Below, one piece after another: positions 12,701-27,700 of a stretch of DNA of 64,000 nt. Position 1 is the first letter of the stretch; the number at the start of each line of letters is the position of its first letter. The translations under genes were made by a program, and so were the position numbers. The notes beneath the pieces were generated by a model that saw nothing but the letters and a program-made list of their open reading frames with translations, was not told where the DNA came from and searched no databases. Source of the DNA: Pavona decussata (Eukaryota); the NCBI GenBank assembly GCA_977016875.1, contig CDRNST010000060.1, positions 620,001 to 684,000 of the forward strand. Reading direction: 5' to 3'.

Positions 12701-15700
12701 TCCAAGTACACCAAATACGTACATCCGTGACAAGTAACACATTTGCATTTCTTTGTGCGGTTATTGTAACCTTCACGACTAGGTAATGGTTGTTTAATTC
12801 GACATTACATGAACAAGACAGGTTATTTTTTGCTATCGCAGCGCAGTAACTAAATAAAGCCTTACCAAGCGATATTCATGCCGCAAGGCTAGTGCAGGAC
12901 TCTTGCAGCCACGAACAAGTGGTAGAAAGTGTTTCGTGAGTACTTCCCTCCATATTGACTCTTTAACCCGGGCATTGTTCATTGTTTGGCGTTGTTTATT
13001 CTCAAGAAACGCTTCAAAACTGAGCCAAGCCACGACAATAAAACAGCGCCAATCCACTACCCCACCGTGCCAAGCCTCGGGGGGTGTTATTAAAGGTTCA
13101 TTATATACAGTAACCGGGAACAGTATAACAAGATCTAATGAATCTTGCGGTTTGCTGCACCGCTGTCTAGCTCCCCTGTAGGCAATTCTTGAGAAACATG
13201 CCCTTTCTCTTTTGCAAACACATTGCAGAGCTATGACTTGTGTTTTGAGATCATACATAAGAGATCAGAGCAAATTTCTCTAAATATTACAGACTTTACG
13301 CTACAGTGTAATCAGTGTGTATTCTTTGAAACCTTCACTGCTCATGAAATAAATTGATAGCCTGCGAATAAAGTCGACTATGATTTCCTTGCATTTGGAG
13401 AGGATCGAAACGCCGAAACGGTAATGATCGACAGCGGCCTTATTCGCAAGCTACTTTCTAATTTAGCAAAAAACAAAGAGAATTATCGCTTACCCGAGCG
13501 ACAACCGTTCCACGGTAATCGACACAGATATAGTAGCTACCATCGTATGATTTCAATATAACTTGCCCTGGAGAGCCTACTGATTCCAGCTTGATCTTAA
13601 CTGCAAAACAAAGGATAATATCGTTACAAGTGGGCATAGCGAATCCGTGTGCAATCACGCGTCCAACAACTTACCGTCACGCTCCGATGTCTAGAACTTC
13701 GAGGAAACTGAAAGGTCAAGGAACTTAGTGAAGGGAAGGAAAGAAAAGGAAAGGAGTGTCATCTAGTTTTAGGGGCACTTGTTTCTGATCTGTCTGAATA
13801 ATGTAACTTTGGCTTTACATTGCGCTGGTATATATATATATACATGGTGACTTGTCATGATGCTCACGCCAGGAGCACGCAAAACGACATACAGGAGTAT
13901 ACTATATCAATCAAGACTTTTCCCACAAGTACTTTAGAACAACTTGAAGTTTGCTCCACTTAAAGGTCTGCAGTTTAATATATTCCTGGGATTTGAGCGC
14001 TGATAGATCACAGCCAACCCTCAAATCCACGTCGGCAATGTCACGGCTATCGTGAACTTTCAAATCGCCGCGGAATTTACACGGATAGTTTGAAGTCACC
14101 GCTAAACATCTGCCGCACAAAGTAGGTCTCCCTGTGTAAACTAGCCTTGTAGCTACAAGGCAGGACAAAGCCACCGATGTAAATAAAGTCGACAACATGA
14201 GCGAACCTCGCGTTGTCCCTCAACGTGGATTAAAGTGCGAAAACAGCTGATCACTCACCGTTTGGATCATGTTTGTCTCCAGATCCATCAACTTTGCCGT
14301 TTTTCACACGCACAAACTTGGCACTGTTCTTTGAGTACAATCTCTTGTACCTCTGAATAGTAACAATGTGATTATGTACTACATGGCTTGGGTTTATTCC
14401 ACTGTTTTCCAATGCCTGGGTGTCCTATATAAAACACAAAGACGTTTAGTATAATTATCTCTGGCAGACCTACCAAGTAGCTAGTCAAACGCGCGGTCTT
14501 GCTTCGCTTTGAGCTGTGGTTTCGGTAAACCTGGGGGTAATTTGCGTAGGATATACAAGTTTGTTTTCTTGTCGTTTAGCAATTGCCGCCCTCGAAAAAC
14601 ACTGAGGCCTAATGTCAACACTCCGTGGGCTACGCGCGCCACGCGCGCAGCGGTAACTGAACAAATTAAGCGTGGGTGTTAGGCGGACGCGCGAGCCTCA
14701 ATTAACACAGGCAAGCCTGACAGTTGAGTCGTGATTTGCCAAGAAAAACAAGTGTTTTCCCAAATATCGAGAGAGTCAGTTGATACGTACGTTCAACCCG
14801 GATACAAGCGCCATTGTTTTTCGAGATGATTATTGACCTAGGAAATTAATCCAGTTCAGGCATAACCGGTGAATTCCTCGCGAACAAATTGTCAATTGAC
14901 TTAAGTGGCACGATTGATATTTTCTTAGAGTGGTTCATAAGCGCGTCCAAGATCAAATGCGATAAAAATCACAAATTCATCCTAAATAAAATACGGAGAA
15001 AAAAAATTGCCTCATACGAAAGTTTCGCTCGCCAGCATTCACTTGAGTGGTCATTCCGTGGGATTTCATGCACAGACGCAAAAGTTGAACCACTTTAAGC
15101 GCCTCGAATTGCGGTTGTCAGAGTGATAAGGTTAAGAGAGTAACATAATTTAGCATAATATACATTTGTGCGATATTGCTTGAGTGACGTAAATTCTTCG
15201 AGCAAAATGGACTTGAATGACACTATGCTCGGGTTTTAACAAATGGAATTAAAAAACAAAAAAGTTCCGACAACAGTTTCGAACTAAAAAAAGACGTTCT
15301 ATAAACGTGTGAAATTCAACGCTTGAACAACTAAGGTTAAAATAAGAGCTGGCAAACGAGACCTCGCTTTGAGATGCACCATTGTTTAGTTTTAAAGAAC
15401 CTTTACAATATATAACCGAACGTGAACAACTTTGAAATGAAGAACACAAAAACGTACATTGTCACTTACCCCAGAAAAGTTTAATGGCTTTCTCGTGGGA
15501 GAAGCAAGACATCTGCGGATTAGAAGCGGAACATGATTAAAATTGCTGGAAGTTTGAATTGTGGAGACTTCAGTTTGACTTGGAGTCTCGATGAGGAAAA
15601 TTTCAATTCTGCATGCAAGGCAAAAAATTATAATAACAACAATAATAAGTACTCACGTTGAAAGGTACAGAACATAAATAATCGGCCATATTTGAGTCGC

Positions 15701-15703
15701 CAT
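9798..15703 (-). CDS. FGF8: Secreted fibroblast growth factor, FGF8/17/18-like, 5 coding exons, 183 aa
   Basis: Exons 15703-15657, 15512-15470, 14424-14259, 13600-13494, 9986-9798, all GT-AG, 552 nt, open frame: MATQIWPIIYVLYLSTCLA-SPTRKPLNFSG-DTQ...RYKRLYSKNSAKFVRVKNGKVDGSGDKHDPN-VKIKLESVGSPGQVILKSYDGSYYICVDYRGTVVAR-PSNQARADSGCVFHQDISTKGYTTFRSMLNVNWYLGITRDGRTKSARKTNLGQRSVQFIDMN. FGF core motifs (LYS, YICV..G, CVF, WYLG..G, QF) and a signal peptide. Subfamily is inferred from motifs and exon structure. Confidence 0.9.
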
Positions 15704-15819
15704 CTTGAGGTTGCTGAGTATGTGCAGCTTTATAAGTTTATAAACGTTGGGAGGAATTTTAGGTCCTCGCTGGTGACCTTACTGATGTGTTATGATAAGG
15801 CGTCTCAGTTATCAGCCTC

Positions 15820-15828
15820 CTTATATAC
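15820..15828 (-). promoter_or_regulatory. TATA box of FGF gene
   Basis: gTATATAAgg on the minus strand about 120 nt upstream of the ATG at 15703. Confidence 0.55.
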
Positions 15829-18800
15829 AGCCGTGTTTACCACTGGGCGCGCGCGAAACTGCTAAGTGCCTTCTGTAACAGGCATCATCAAGTACCGTAC
15901 ATTCTTAGCATTCCGAATTGCCGCCGACCACAGAGCGACACGAGGATATTGCTTTTACGAACAACCGAGCACTGAGTTATCTTTCACGAGGGGAGTACCC
16001 TACCCGGAAAGCGCCGTAACCGGATATGGCACCCCGACCCCCGCCTTCAAATCCGAGGGAGTTTTCTTCTCAAGCTTGCAGGAAAGCGAGGAAATTGACG
16101 AAAAGAGTAGGTGTAGCACAGCTTATCTGTTGTACATCAGTACATGCCAAACGTTTTACCAAATTGAGTTTATGTAATTCAACGGAAATCAGTGCTTCAG
16201 TAGGCTTTTACTGTCGAACGCAATCAAGATATACAAAGAAACGACAACGTAAATGCCTCAATGGCTTTTTATATTAACCGTATGTTTCTTTAAGCGGCTT
16301 TCAGAAATTTTCCGGTTAGATAGCTTGTCTTGCGCGAAATGTGACGCAAAGGGAAGGTCTGTAATGGCTATTTTGAATCCAAAGGAAGAACCTCTGTCGC
16401 CATTAAAGCAATTATTTACAAATTAGGTTTGACCTTTTTAATCGGTGCTCATCAAAATACACTGTCACGTAAATATACTTCCAAAATTAACATTAATGTA
16501 CGCCCAGTTTTAGATTTAGCTTTTTCTTTTTAGTAAGGGCAGACACCTTCACAACGACAGAGTTTTGTACATACATAGGAACAAATTCATTCGCTTTTCA
16601 GGCAATTTACAATTCAAATTATATTCGTGTAAATATAACCAGCTAAGTTACAGCTATTTGTGAGTAGGTATTAATAAAAAAAGAAAGTGATATCAGAGAG
16701 GTAAGTTTAAAAAATAGTTGAGTTAAAATGTAGAATTAAATTGCAACAAAGTTTGTCCTGATTTTCTTTAGACACTGGAACAGATTGGATTTGTGTCAAC
16801 TCTAGTTGAAAATAAAAGGTATGCAAAACACAACAAGACAAACAGCTATTCCCTTGTTATTAACTCTACAATTGTCTTTCCAACAATGTAAGGGATTAAT
16901 AGCTTGACAGAAAAAGCCAAAAGCTTCCTTTAGGAAAGGCGTAGTTCGAAAATTTATCTCGTAACGTAATGAAAAATAATAAAAAAACAGACGTAAAAAG
17001 TTAGTTTTTGTAACAATCGTTGGGCGGGGTTTTCCCAAGCATTGTATACAGTAGCAAAAAGTTAAAACCTCCGGGCCCAGAGACGTGTTTGAAAAATTTC
17101 TCTTGTAACGTAATTAAAATTAAATAATGAAACAGTAATTTAAAAAAGAAGTTTTAAAGTGAACTCCTGTAGCTTCTGTCGGTAAAGCAGAGGCGGGGTT
17201 TGCCCCGAGGTTTCAGTATCAGTAATGCGCTGTTGATATTTTGTGGTTTTAAAAAAACTACGTAGAACAAAACTACAAATAAAGCGGACACAAATATCGC
17301 GTATCGTTTTCAGTCATATATATCGAGTCCTGTAAGCTTCGTCGGGTGATTTTGGAAACTCTTGTAAACCTTCTGCCAGGGCGGGTGATATTCAAAAAAA
17401 CTAATCATAGTCCGGGATGTTTGTCCAGGTTTAGTAAGTTAGCCTGAAATGACGTTAATATGAGGAATAATTTTAAAGCACTTCAGTAGGAAAAATGTGA
17501 CTGCAACGAAGCTCGTGGAATTTCTGGCGGTAGCTTTGGTATAAGATTGAAAAGAGAACGGTAAATTTTTATCAGTGCGAGGATTCCAGTATTTAGTCTT
17601 AGTAATGCAGTTGCCAAACCACACAATAGCACAGATAAGGGCAAATAAATACACATATTACATCATTGGATAAATAGTTGTTCATTAAAATATTGGAAGT
17701 TGGTGACGCTTGAAGTTTTCTCTTCATTCTCTTGCGGTGATCACTGATGTATGTCCCTGATCAAAATATCGAAGTTTTTTTTAACCCATGAATTGATGCT
17801 TTAGTCATTAGCGATTCAAATTGAGACAGTTTGCGATAATATCCTTGGTTGTCACTTTGTTACGGGCTCGTGCAATATTTCTCCATATTGCACGATGTAT
17901 ATCACCAGGCACGTGTGACGTGGCCTGTTCCATCATGTTCATTGTTGTTAGTCGATAAAATATAAGTGATTATGAAGGTATAAATTAAAACCGCAGACAC
18001 AGAGCTCATTCCTGCTATAAATCATTTTAAAATATTAGAACCGTTGAGTTTTTGGTCAAGAAAAAACATCAGATAATGACGATAATTAGTTGATGGAAAA
18101 AGATAAGCATTTTAGGTCGCCCCCAAGGAAAAGCTAATCGCATGACTCTCTGTAAGTTAATAAGCTTCCGGAAATTGGCCATGCTATACGCATGAACAAT
18201 CATAAAAAATACAAAAATTGCAACAAGTATAGATCTTAATTCCGGGTGGAAAAATCGTTCTAACGAGTAAAGCTAAGTTCGTGGTGACCACTAGTGTATT
18301 TTCAAAGAAGTGGTACGTGTGTTTGTTCGTACGTATGAGCGTGAAAATCGACGTTAAGCAATGGTTTCTTCAAATTCTTTCCTAATTTAGCAGAGAACAA
18401 CAGGTTGAATTGAGAGGATGACAAACTTAACCGCGGCTTACGTAGTTCAGCGAGATCTGTGCCAAACTGGAGTCGGATATTCTGTTAGTTTGGAGACAGA
18501 ATGGCTAGGCAAACAACTTCTTAGTGACAGCTCGATGCGGCCGGAACTGCTCATCCTTTTTGTATAAATAGTGAAGCTCTTGCCGCAAATCACTGGCGCG
18601 GTCAAAGGAAATACTGGAGATATTGTGGTTAGGTAAATTCACAGGCTACAAATGGTCATTAGGTAGCCGTGAACAATACCGGCAAAGAGACAAAAATATT
18701 CAGTGCAAAAACTTGATGGACAGAGGTGAAGGAGATTACAACTGCGAAGCAAAACGTGTTTTCATGTTGTCTTTCGCGTTTCAAAAACATACAATGATAT

Positions 18801-21724
18801 ACACCGTTGCTACTATTAATATTTTCAACTAATTAATTTTAGTGTGCTGAATCTAAGGCAGTTACTCTTTTTTTCCAAGTAAGAAGTGACCAGGAGATGA
18901 TAAAATTTCGTAGGTCAGTCTTTGGAAAAAGATTTTACAAGGGAATGCACGAAGGAGAGAGCCAAACAGCTTCGGCGATTGAAAAATCTCAGCCCGAATG
19001 TATATGCTGAATGTATGTGTTGGCATTCACTCCGTCAACCCTTGAATTGAACTCTAATTAACCTTGATGAGAGTTATGTAGACAGTACGTGTCTGATTTT
19101 GGTTTTAACAACTGAATGGATTTACGATTGTCAGTCAAGCTACTGTTAGTAGCCTTGAACTTCTCTTCAGTCAGCTTTTTTTTCTAAAGTTTCGACAGTT
19201 TTATTTGTTTATCCAAAACAAAACGTTCCGGAATTTGACTAAACTGCGCAAAGGGCAAACCTCTACAACCAGGAAAGGCCAAACATTTCAGTAATTACTC
19301 AAAATAACCTTCTTTTGAGCCATTATTAAGTCATTGTGTAATGCTCCAAGATATTTCAATCCTTTTAACAATATCATTCATGGCTAAAGACACTAAATAT
19401 CTTCAATTGCGATCAGTCTTTGAAGCAACAACAACAATAACTTTATTTGTGTCAAAGTACTTTAGTATACCAAGAAATAAAAATAAAGTTACGTGACCTC
19501 GTAGTGGCAGGTTTTAAGCCTAATTTTTGAAGGCATCATTTCTTTTCGACGCAGAAATATTTATTCTTCAATTTTGAAGCCATTTGGCCAAACTATCACA
19601 GTTTCTCAACATTGTTGCACAATTTTCAATTACTGAACAATCTATTAGTTAACATAATCAACATTATATGGCTTCTGAGTGGAATTTGGTTCGCCCCTCA
19701 TTTGTTTAGCTTGGTGGGATTTCACGAGCTTTTCCACAATTCACAACTTACAGCAATAATTATGTTATGTCCGCCACTGTGGCTTCGAAATGAACGATCC
19801 TTTAATTCTCTCCTCGTTTTTCCACCCTGATATCTATTGACGCAAGGTGTTTCAAGAGTAGCAAATGTCTTAAAACTTCGTCCACTCAGAATATTGCCGG
19901 AGGGCATTACGTGGCTTCAATGTGGAATCAGTTATTTCTTCCTCGTTCTTTAAGTCACGTGATCAAATTGCGCACATCAGTCCAGATTTCGCAATGCAAA
20001 CAGAAAGACGGATTCTAGGTGCGGTCATTAGTCATCACACTCGAGGATTATAACCACACACTCTACGAAAGAACCTTCTTGTACGTCAAGTCAAAACAAA
20101 CAGACTGAAGTACGACCAAACCACAAGATATCTCCCTTCCCCCCTCCCCTTCCTCAGGCTCAAAGCGCTATCTAAACTGACCAACCTCTATAACAAACAG
20201 TATTATAGTAAATTACCGGTCAATAGCTTTCGTTTTGATCGACCACATGTCAAGCTTTCGTCCACAGTTTGATCTCAGAACTTAAGAAGGGTTCCATTCC
20301 GACAATACTACACAAAGTGGCTCATAAACAATTGAGGGAACCTTATGATAACGACCAGCAACTAAGGCCAACTTGAAAAAAAGCCAAAGGTTTTACACCA
20401 TGACATGAATTCAAGTGGACAATCTAAATCAATTAACCCCTTCATCAATTAACAAGTTCAGGGTGAGAAGGGCACAATTTTCCTTGAAAACTATGCAGCT
20501 ACAGCTAGCGTGCACTACTAATGGATTTCACAAAAAGAAGACGTATGTACTCTGGCGGCTGATTCGTATGAACGTCTTATGGTTGCATGAACATACAGCA
20601 CGGAAAAACAGTGATATGCGTTCCAGCTAATTACTTATGGGAGAGCCCGAGATTATGTTCAAGCACTGCTATATTAATTGCCAAAGCTGAAGATTGCTGA
20701 CCTTGTGAATTTGGGTACAGTTCATAGTCGTTTTTGATTGGGTGGGGTGGTTGGACGGCTTAGAGGAAGGCCATTAGCTGAAGAGGTTTAGAAAACACTA
20801 GCCAACAAGAGTGGAGTGGTTTATAATAGAGTGGAATGTGATTCGCAGTACTTTTGCCGTTGGTAACTGAACTATTCATGTAATTGGTTGGCCTCGCGCC
20901 ACTTCCCAACCAATTAGAAGCCAAGGTCAAACCCATACTCAAGCATGCAAGTGGTTGCATGCGATTTCCCGCTTTTGGCTCTTCTAGATGAATTTACTTC
21001 GAGTTCTGATTGCTTCATTAGAGAGATTAAGGACATTAAGCAAAACGTTTACACCTATACGGCATGCAAACGGCAGAAATGACCACGTGACCATGTTTAC
21101 CCTATATTTGCCGCTCGCTGTTTTCGGTTTCTCAGTAAAACTGAGTAGTTTTGGGTTAGTATCAAAGGCCAGAATTATTTCGCACTATTCTCATCTTTGT
21201 ACTCATTTTTTCAAGAAAACATAAACGCGAATCTCACGTTTGTCGTTTGCCGTAAATTGTTGTTTGTGTCCGTTGTGACTGTCAGAAAAGATCGTTTTAC
21301 AGACAATAGAAAACCTCATTATGTTATTTTTGTATTTTTAACCACCGGCTTTTGAGGATGTCACTATTAAATTATTTTACTTAACAACGTTTTAAGTTGT
21401 CTCTCACATTGTCTTTCTCGCTTTGTAAACCGCAAAAAAATTATATTGTGTATAAAAAGCTCAGTTTGAATCAACCCACATGAAATAATGTCACGTGGTG
21501 GTTTGCCAACAACAGCTATAAAGCAACTAAAAACGTCTAGAGTTCTAGAACATTCTTTGGATCAATTAGGAGTAGTAAAAGATAAAGTAATACTCCTTGA
21601 GAGTTCCTGAATGCACTAATTGATCGGTTAATGAACTGGTAAGCTATTTTCGGGACACCGCCATTTCTGCGCCGAAAGACTTTTATATTCCTTAAGTGTT
21701 ATGAAAATCCATTCTTAACAAATT

Positions 21725-21965
21725 TAAATAAAAGAATAAATAAATTTGTAAATTTGTATAGCGCATAATTCCATGATGAGAAGATTAAATGCGCTTTACA
21801 GTATGAGGACACTCTCCAGATTGAATTGGAATTTGGAAATGTTGGTTTTCGGAGTACCCGGGGGAAAACCCCTCGGAGCAAGGACAAGAACCAACAACAA
21901 ACTTAACGAACCTGAGCCATTCTGGTGAGAGGCGAGTGCTCTCACCACTGCGCTATCCCTGCTCC
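21725..21965 (-). mobile_element. tRNA-headed SINE with LINE-like tail
   Basis: Minus strand: gagcagggatagcgcagtggtgagagcactcgcc head, ggtttttccccgggtactccg core, gcgctatacaaat plus AT-rich tail. Confidence 0.7.
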
Positions 21966-24759
21966 GGTTTCCTTATTTTGCGTGATTTCAACTGAATATC
22001 TCACCCTCCAAATGAATACCTATACAATTGGGACACTCACATCTTTCCTTAATCCTGACAAGTTAAGAGAAGTGTTCCTTGACTTAATCAGCACAGAAGT
22101 TTTAATTTGGTTTTCATATTTACTCTGGCCTCTGTCTGTTGTTTACAACTGACCAGTCCAACCTTTAATATAAATTATTTGTCATAAAAGCTAAAGATAT
22201 CTCAAATTTACACTGACAAAATGTAACTTAAAATTCGCATGAAAGTTAACACTGGCGTTAACAACAAAGTTAAGTGCTTTGAACTAATCCGTATGGGGAA
22301 AGCTCTAGCTCATCGCGAGCAACAAAACAAGATAGTTTGATCAGGTAAACGTCAGGGTTAACTTTAGGGAAACTTTCTGGAACCAGTATTGCTCATTATC
22401 TGTTAAGTCATTCCTTTCATTTAGAAAAGCGTTTACAAAGACACATCGTGTTTTAATTGAAGGGAGATAGAAGAACGAGGATGAAGGAAAACAAGATTGT
22501 ATATCTTAACATGTTTTACAGAGGATTCGCTACGAGTAGCGAGTATCAGAGCTCTCCTAATTCGCGCCAATAAATTGAAGAAAACAGAAAGTGAGCTTGT
22601 TTGTGTTATAAAATAGCCACTATGAACTTATTGCCCGGGTAAACAAGTTCATCTAAAATGACACGGTAGAAAATGACAGAACGTGACCTTCTCAGGCCGT
22701 GGCTTTTTAATCACGGTTCAGGAATAAACAGCGACTCAAATCTGGGCATAATTGTGGTTTTAAACACGCTTCTTTTGCAGATGGCTTAACTCACCCGGAT
22801 CTACGCGAACCTGTTTACACCTGTATTCGCTTTGAAAACTTAAAATATTAAATCCTGTTTATGACTTGTTTTCATAATCGGGAATGAGGCATGTGACGAC
22901 TCTCGTTATTTTTAAACTGTTCATTTGAAAGGACCTGTACTCAAGATGGTGAATTCTCTCGAGGAGCTAGAGGATTTACAGAGAAACCTTATAGACCACG
23001 CCCAGTTCACTCCAAATTTGTCAAGTCATGAAGTGCTTTGGACTTACTACCATTGTTATCTGTGTATGCGGTCGATGACGGAAAACAATTTTCATCGATC
23101 ACCACTACAACCTCATTAGGCAAATCACAATTTCTTTTACGATAATTCGTGGGCGTCAGATACTTCTATTTATGTTTTACACAGCTAATTAGTGCGCATA
23201 ATAGCACGTAGCTAGAACTATAAAAAGACAACCAAATCGCGAATAGAGCCATTCAATTCATCTGATGAAAGGCCTTATAATACCATTGACATAACTGGTT
23301 TATCGTAGACAAAGCTCGTTTCCACTTAATTACATAGTGTACACGGCCCAAAATAAAGCAGCGACCACTTATGATTGGCTGAAATTACCCGATTTCAATC
23401 GCCTTAGTAAATAATGCAAAAAGGACGTCTGTCAACATTGGTTTATTAGCCTTGATTTCCTGAGGCTTTGCCACTGCCCTTGCCAAAATAAATTGAAAAA
23501 GTGCACGATCAGGCATGAAATTCACAGCTACAAAAACAATGTCGGATTCTATTGGCTCAAATGTTTGGTTAATAAGACATTGAACTGATATCTATTAAAA
23601 AAACACTCGGTGTAAGAAAAGAAGGGGCAGATCACAAGGCTTTTTCTGTGGGCATTCCCCCACGAAGTTAAGCGGCCACTTACGATTGGACTTCATAATA
23701 CGATAATTGCCGGAACTCCATCGCGTTAGTAGTGATCTCATTACAACAATGGTTTTATTGAGCAAATTCTGTAGCCGACGATAGAATTTGAATACGACGA
23801 AACACGTTTTGCAAACTGCAAAATATCGTTCCTTATTTACAATGTTAAAAGTACGTTTACAGTGTTTTTTCAGTTAACTGTTCGGGGATTTACAACTTCC
23901 GGGGTACTTGTTTTACAACACTGTGCCTAAGCCAAGAAAAAAACAAAACTGAAATGAAACAAAAAAGAAAAAAACACGATAACACATGACACTTGTGGTT
24001 TGGCTTAAACCTTATTGGATTAATGAAAACATGTTTAGAACTTACATTAAAAAAACAATCGCAAGAGGAGAAGTTGTCATGAACAACACGCGTGGTTTCT
24101 CGAGAGGAGACACACTCGCGGGTTCCAGATGATTTTGGTTTTTTTCATTCATAAAGTCAAGATAAGTTATGAAGGTGGATTGGTCAAGTGGTTTGCATGT
24201 GATGTGGAGCGGTCTTTTAATCTAGCGTTCAGTGGTTTAGGCCCATTCTCTGTATGTATCCCCTCTACAAATAGATAACAGCGAGGAAACTTAACAATTC
24301 CAAGTTGCTTCCTGCTGAAGCTAAAGAAACTGGGGTTGACTAGCTTTCCTCCAGCTTCCCGTGGGCTGCCAATGCTAAGTCGATGTTCGTGAGAAACAAT
24401 AGTTCTTCAGTTGATTCTACCGGTGCGGAAGAGTTGATCATGCTGATATTAGTTGAATATAGGCTGTATAGAAGTTGTGTCAGATTGTGTTTTGTCGATC
24501 TTGTTCTCAAAACGAATCGTGCTGGAAAACTTGCAGACAAAATGTTATCCAGAAGTATTACCATGCTGGTTTGTTTTGTTACTTTTAATCTGTAGGTAAT
24601 CTAAGCACACTGAATGAGTCTTGCCAAGTTTTCTGTATTCATTGTCACAGTAGAGCGAGTTTTATAAAAAGGAGTAATCTTGCCACCACATTACACTGAA
24701 CCTATAAGTTAGAATAATTTTTGAATCTAGTCTACTGGCATCCTTTCTCCTTCAGTCAG

Positions 24760-27700
24760 ATATGAATAATATAACTCAAAGTTACGCAATACCGGAAGTA
24801 GTAATCCGTGTTTGTTTTCCTCTGGAAATTTCTTGGAAAGAAATTTAGTGTTATCAAATTATATCAATATCTATTTCTTGGAGTTGTAAAGCTTAGAGTG
24901 GGTTTCAAGCTAGTATAAACAGGATAACAAATACTAAAGTAATTAACAACTATATATACATTTTCTGTGACGTCTACGGTTGAAATCGTACGTAATAAAA
25001 AATAGATATCCCACGGTCATGATTTTATTTCACGATTTTTTTTATGGATTGTTTTCTGCAAGACACTGGTTAGAAAACTGCTTTGAAATAAGTAAGAATC
25101 TTATTCCGTTCTGTCTGTCCATCCATTTTGGCGACAAAACGTCTGAGAAAGTGGCGTGAAATTTCTTGTTTGTACTCATACTCGTTCGTTCCGTGTTGAG
25201 GAATATTAGTTCCTTGGATTTTTGACAACGTTTAAGGACTTGCCACTGGCACAGTCCACAGATTTTCAAACAAATACTCATCTTCTGCTCCGTATTCTCT
25301 ATTTAGACGACCCGTCTTATGAGCTCACCTTCGTTATAATCGGCATCTTCTCCAAAGGATTTGAAAAAAATATCACTTATTTTATTTATCACAAAACAAA
25401 ACAAAAATACATGGCTTCATTAAAGAAAGAAAGTGGCGAGGAAGCCTAAAAGAAAACCATGAGGTTTATAACATTAGGCTCCCTCAAAATAGTACACAAT
25501 AAATTTACAATAATACCATGCACTTTTGAAAGTATATAACTAAATACATAAGGGAATCACAAGGCCCCCAGTCATCCAGCTCCCATCGCACACATCTTTC
25601 TATCAGTTAACCTTAGATTTCTATACTATTTAAGTATTAACGTTTTCACTGAACATAGAACATGCAATTACGTGTACTATAATAAAAAGAAAAAAACAGC
25701 GAGGAGACGTAACATAAACTATAAAGCTTATTTGTGATTAGGCCTCCTCAAACTAGGTATGAGTTATATTATATTTATTTACATCGCGCCGAGATAATGA
25801 CTCAGCGTAAAGTCGATAGCAAAAAATTAACCAAAAGACACACTGGAAGAATCAATATTATTCATTGTTATTCGTAATATTAGTCATAAGAGATTTAGTA
25901 AAGCAACAAATAGAACTTGAGTTGACGATTTCATTATCAAGCGAGTTATAAAATTTGGGTTCTTGGGAAGAAGACGGAAAATTTCTGGAAGAAAGAAAGG
26001 GAATGGGAGTGTAACTATCAGCCAGGCAGCAACTATGAACCATTTTGTCGAAGCAAGTTGTGTTGGACAAATGTTTATTCATTTTATTTGGAATATGTTC
26101 TTCTGATGTTTAATTATTAGAGAAATGTCTGTAAAAGTATGTATTTTACGTAAATATCAAACTAACACTTCAAAATTTAATGAGTTTCCTTAGTGAGACC
26201 CCTGTCATCATTTGACAATTATTTAACATGTGCCCTCAGAGGCTTTACAGAGGAACTACATATCGATCTCTCTATCAAACATTTATATTTCATCATCTTC
26301 TCTTATAGTTATTCATAAATAATTCAACTGAAAGTTTCGGAAAGCTGGATGTTTAATCTATGCACACGGAAAATGTCACAGTTCCTTGAAAATTCATTTC
26401 AACGGAAGCTTGAAAATACCAATATCTCTCAAGAGCGTGTTGCATGCAATTTTTGCGGATAACCAAACATGAAATATGCGGTATGCCATTTGTTCGTATT
26501 ATTTCCTTCTAGATGACTTTACACTGGCCCCCCTTGAATAGCAATTGTTATCTGCGAGCCGATCGATGACCATGATAAGCTGTATACAGTATGATTGTAA
26601 AGTTGCAGCCGGTCCGCATGTTATAAACTGATCATGTCAGAAAGAAGAATTCTGATTGGTTCTCTTTGCGAAGTGTTAACGTGAGCGCTTACGAGCTTTG
26701 GATGAGGAAGAAATGATTTTCTTTCCGTAGAACCCCGCGGAACTTCTGCCAGAGTAGCAACTTTCGCGGAGTTCTTTTCTTTGTTTACTGTTGGACCGAG
26801 ACGAAATCGAGTTATAAACAAAGAAAAGAATGAGGAACAAGCCTGAGTAATGAGGTCTTGATAAATAAAGCGTTTCCCTGGTTAAAAAGTATATGTATAC
26901 AAATCAAATGTTTAAAAACCGTAAAGTTTGGGCTAAAACTTTAGCCTTCATCAGGGGGAAGTGAGAAGATCTTTTTTACAAAGAGCATGATGTTAAATTT
27001 CGACATATAAACACCATTTGAAAAGTTAACGTGTCCAAGCGGTCCAGACGAAATATTGGTATATATAAATCGACAAAAGACAAACGAAATCTTGGTACGG
27101 TTTCTTTCCTTCGAGAAAAATAGGGTAGTAATATGAAATACTGATTAACGAGTGATTGTACAGAATAGACTAACTGGAAGTATATATCGTAACCATTGGT
27201 AAGGCTAAAAATATTACCACAATTTTGTTGGTACTACTGCCACAGGTGTTCTCTTCGAAAAACCCCCAGAGGAGGTGCTGAGAGATCGTGTGCCATGCAG
27301 GAACAAAACGTTGTAACAAGGGAATTGTATTTATTGGTTATTGGGGGGAAAAAACATTGAAATTGAGGAAACGTTTATCACAGCGGTCTTAAAAAATTTA
27401 CTCAGCTAAAACTCTGAGAAAGCCGGATGCTCGTTCTTTGTTGTTCGGTAATTTGTTCGCACCCTTGACAAAGCAAATTTGGTGATACCATTATCTCTGA
27501 GAAACTGATTCACGGAAGCTCTATTAAAACTAGTTAGGCCACGTTTGTCAGCAAGAATTACTAACACTCTCCAAGTGTGAACCTGGAAAGATGAATAACT
27601 GTTTTATGAAGTGATTTGTGGTAAAAAGGAGTGTTCTATCAGGTAACGGTTAGACGTTTATAAAATGTTTCCTGTTGTTGCTGTTGTTGGCGGTGATCTT

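Noticed and set aside
12833-13258. 141-aa ORF in FGF intron
   Set aside because: No motif, splice context or family similarity; consistent with chance
15513-15608. In-frame upstream acceptor that would add 32 aa inside the FGF signal peptide (FGF8a/b-like isoform)
   Set aside because: It would leave a 48-nt intron, probably too short to splice; full intron retention hits an immediate TGA
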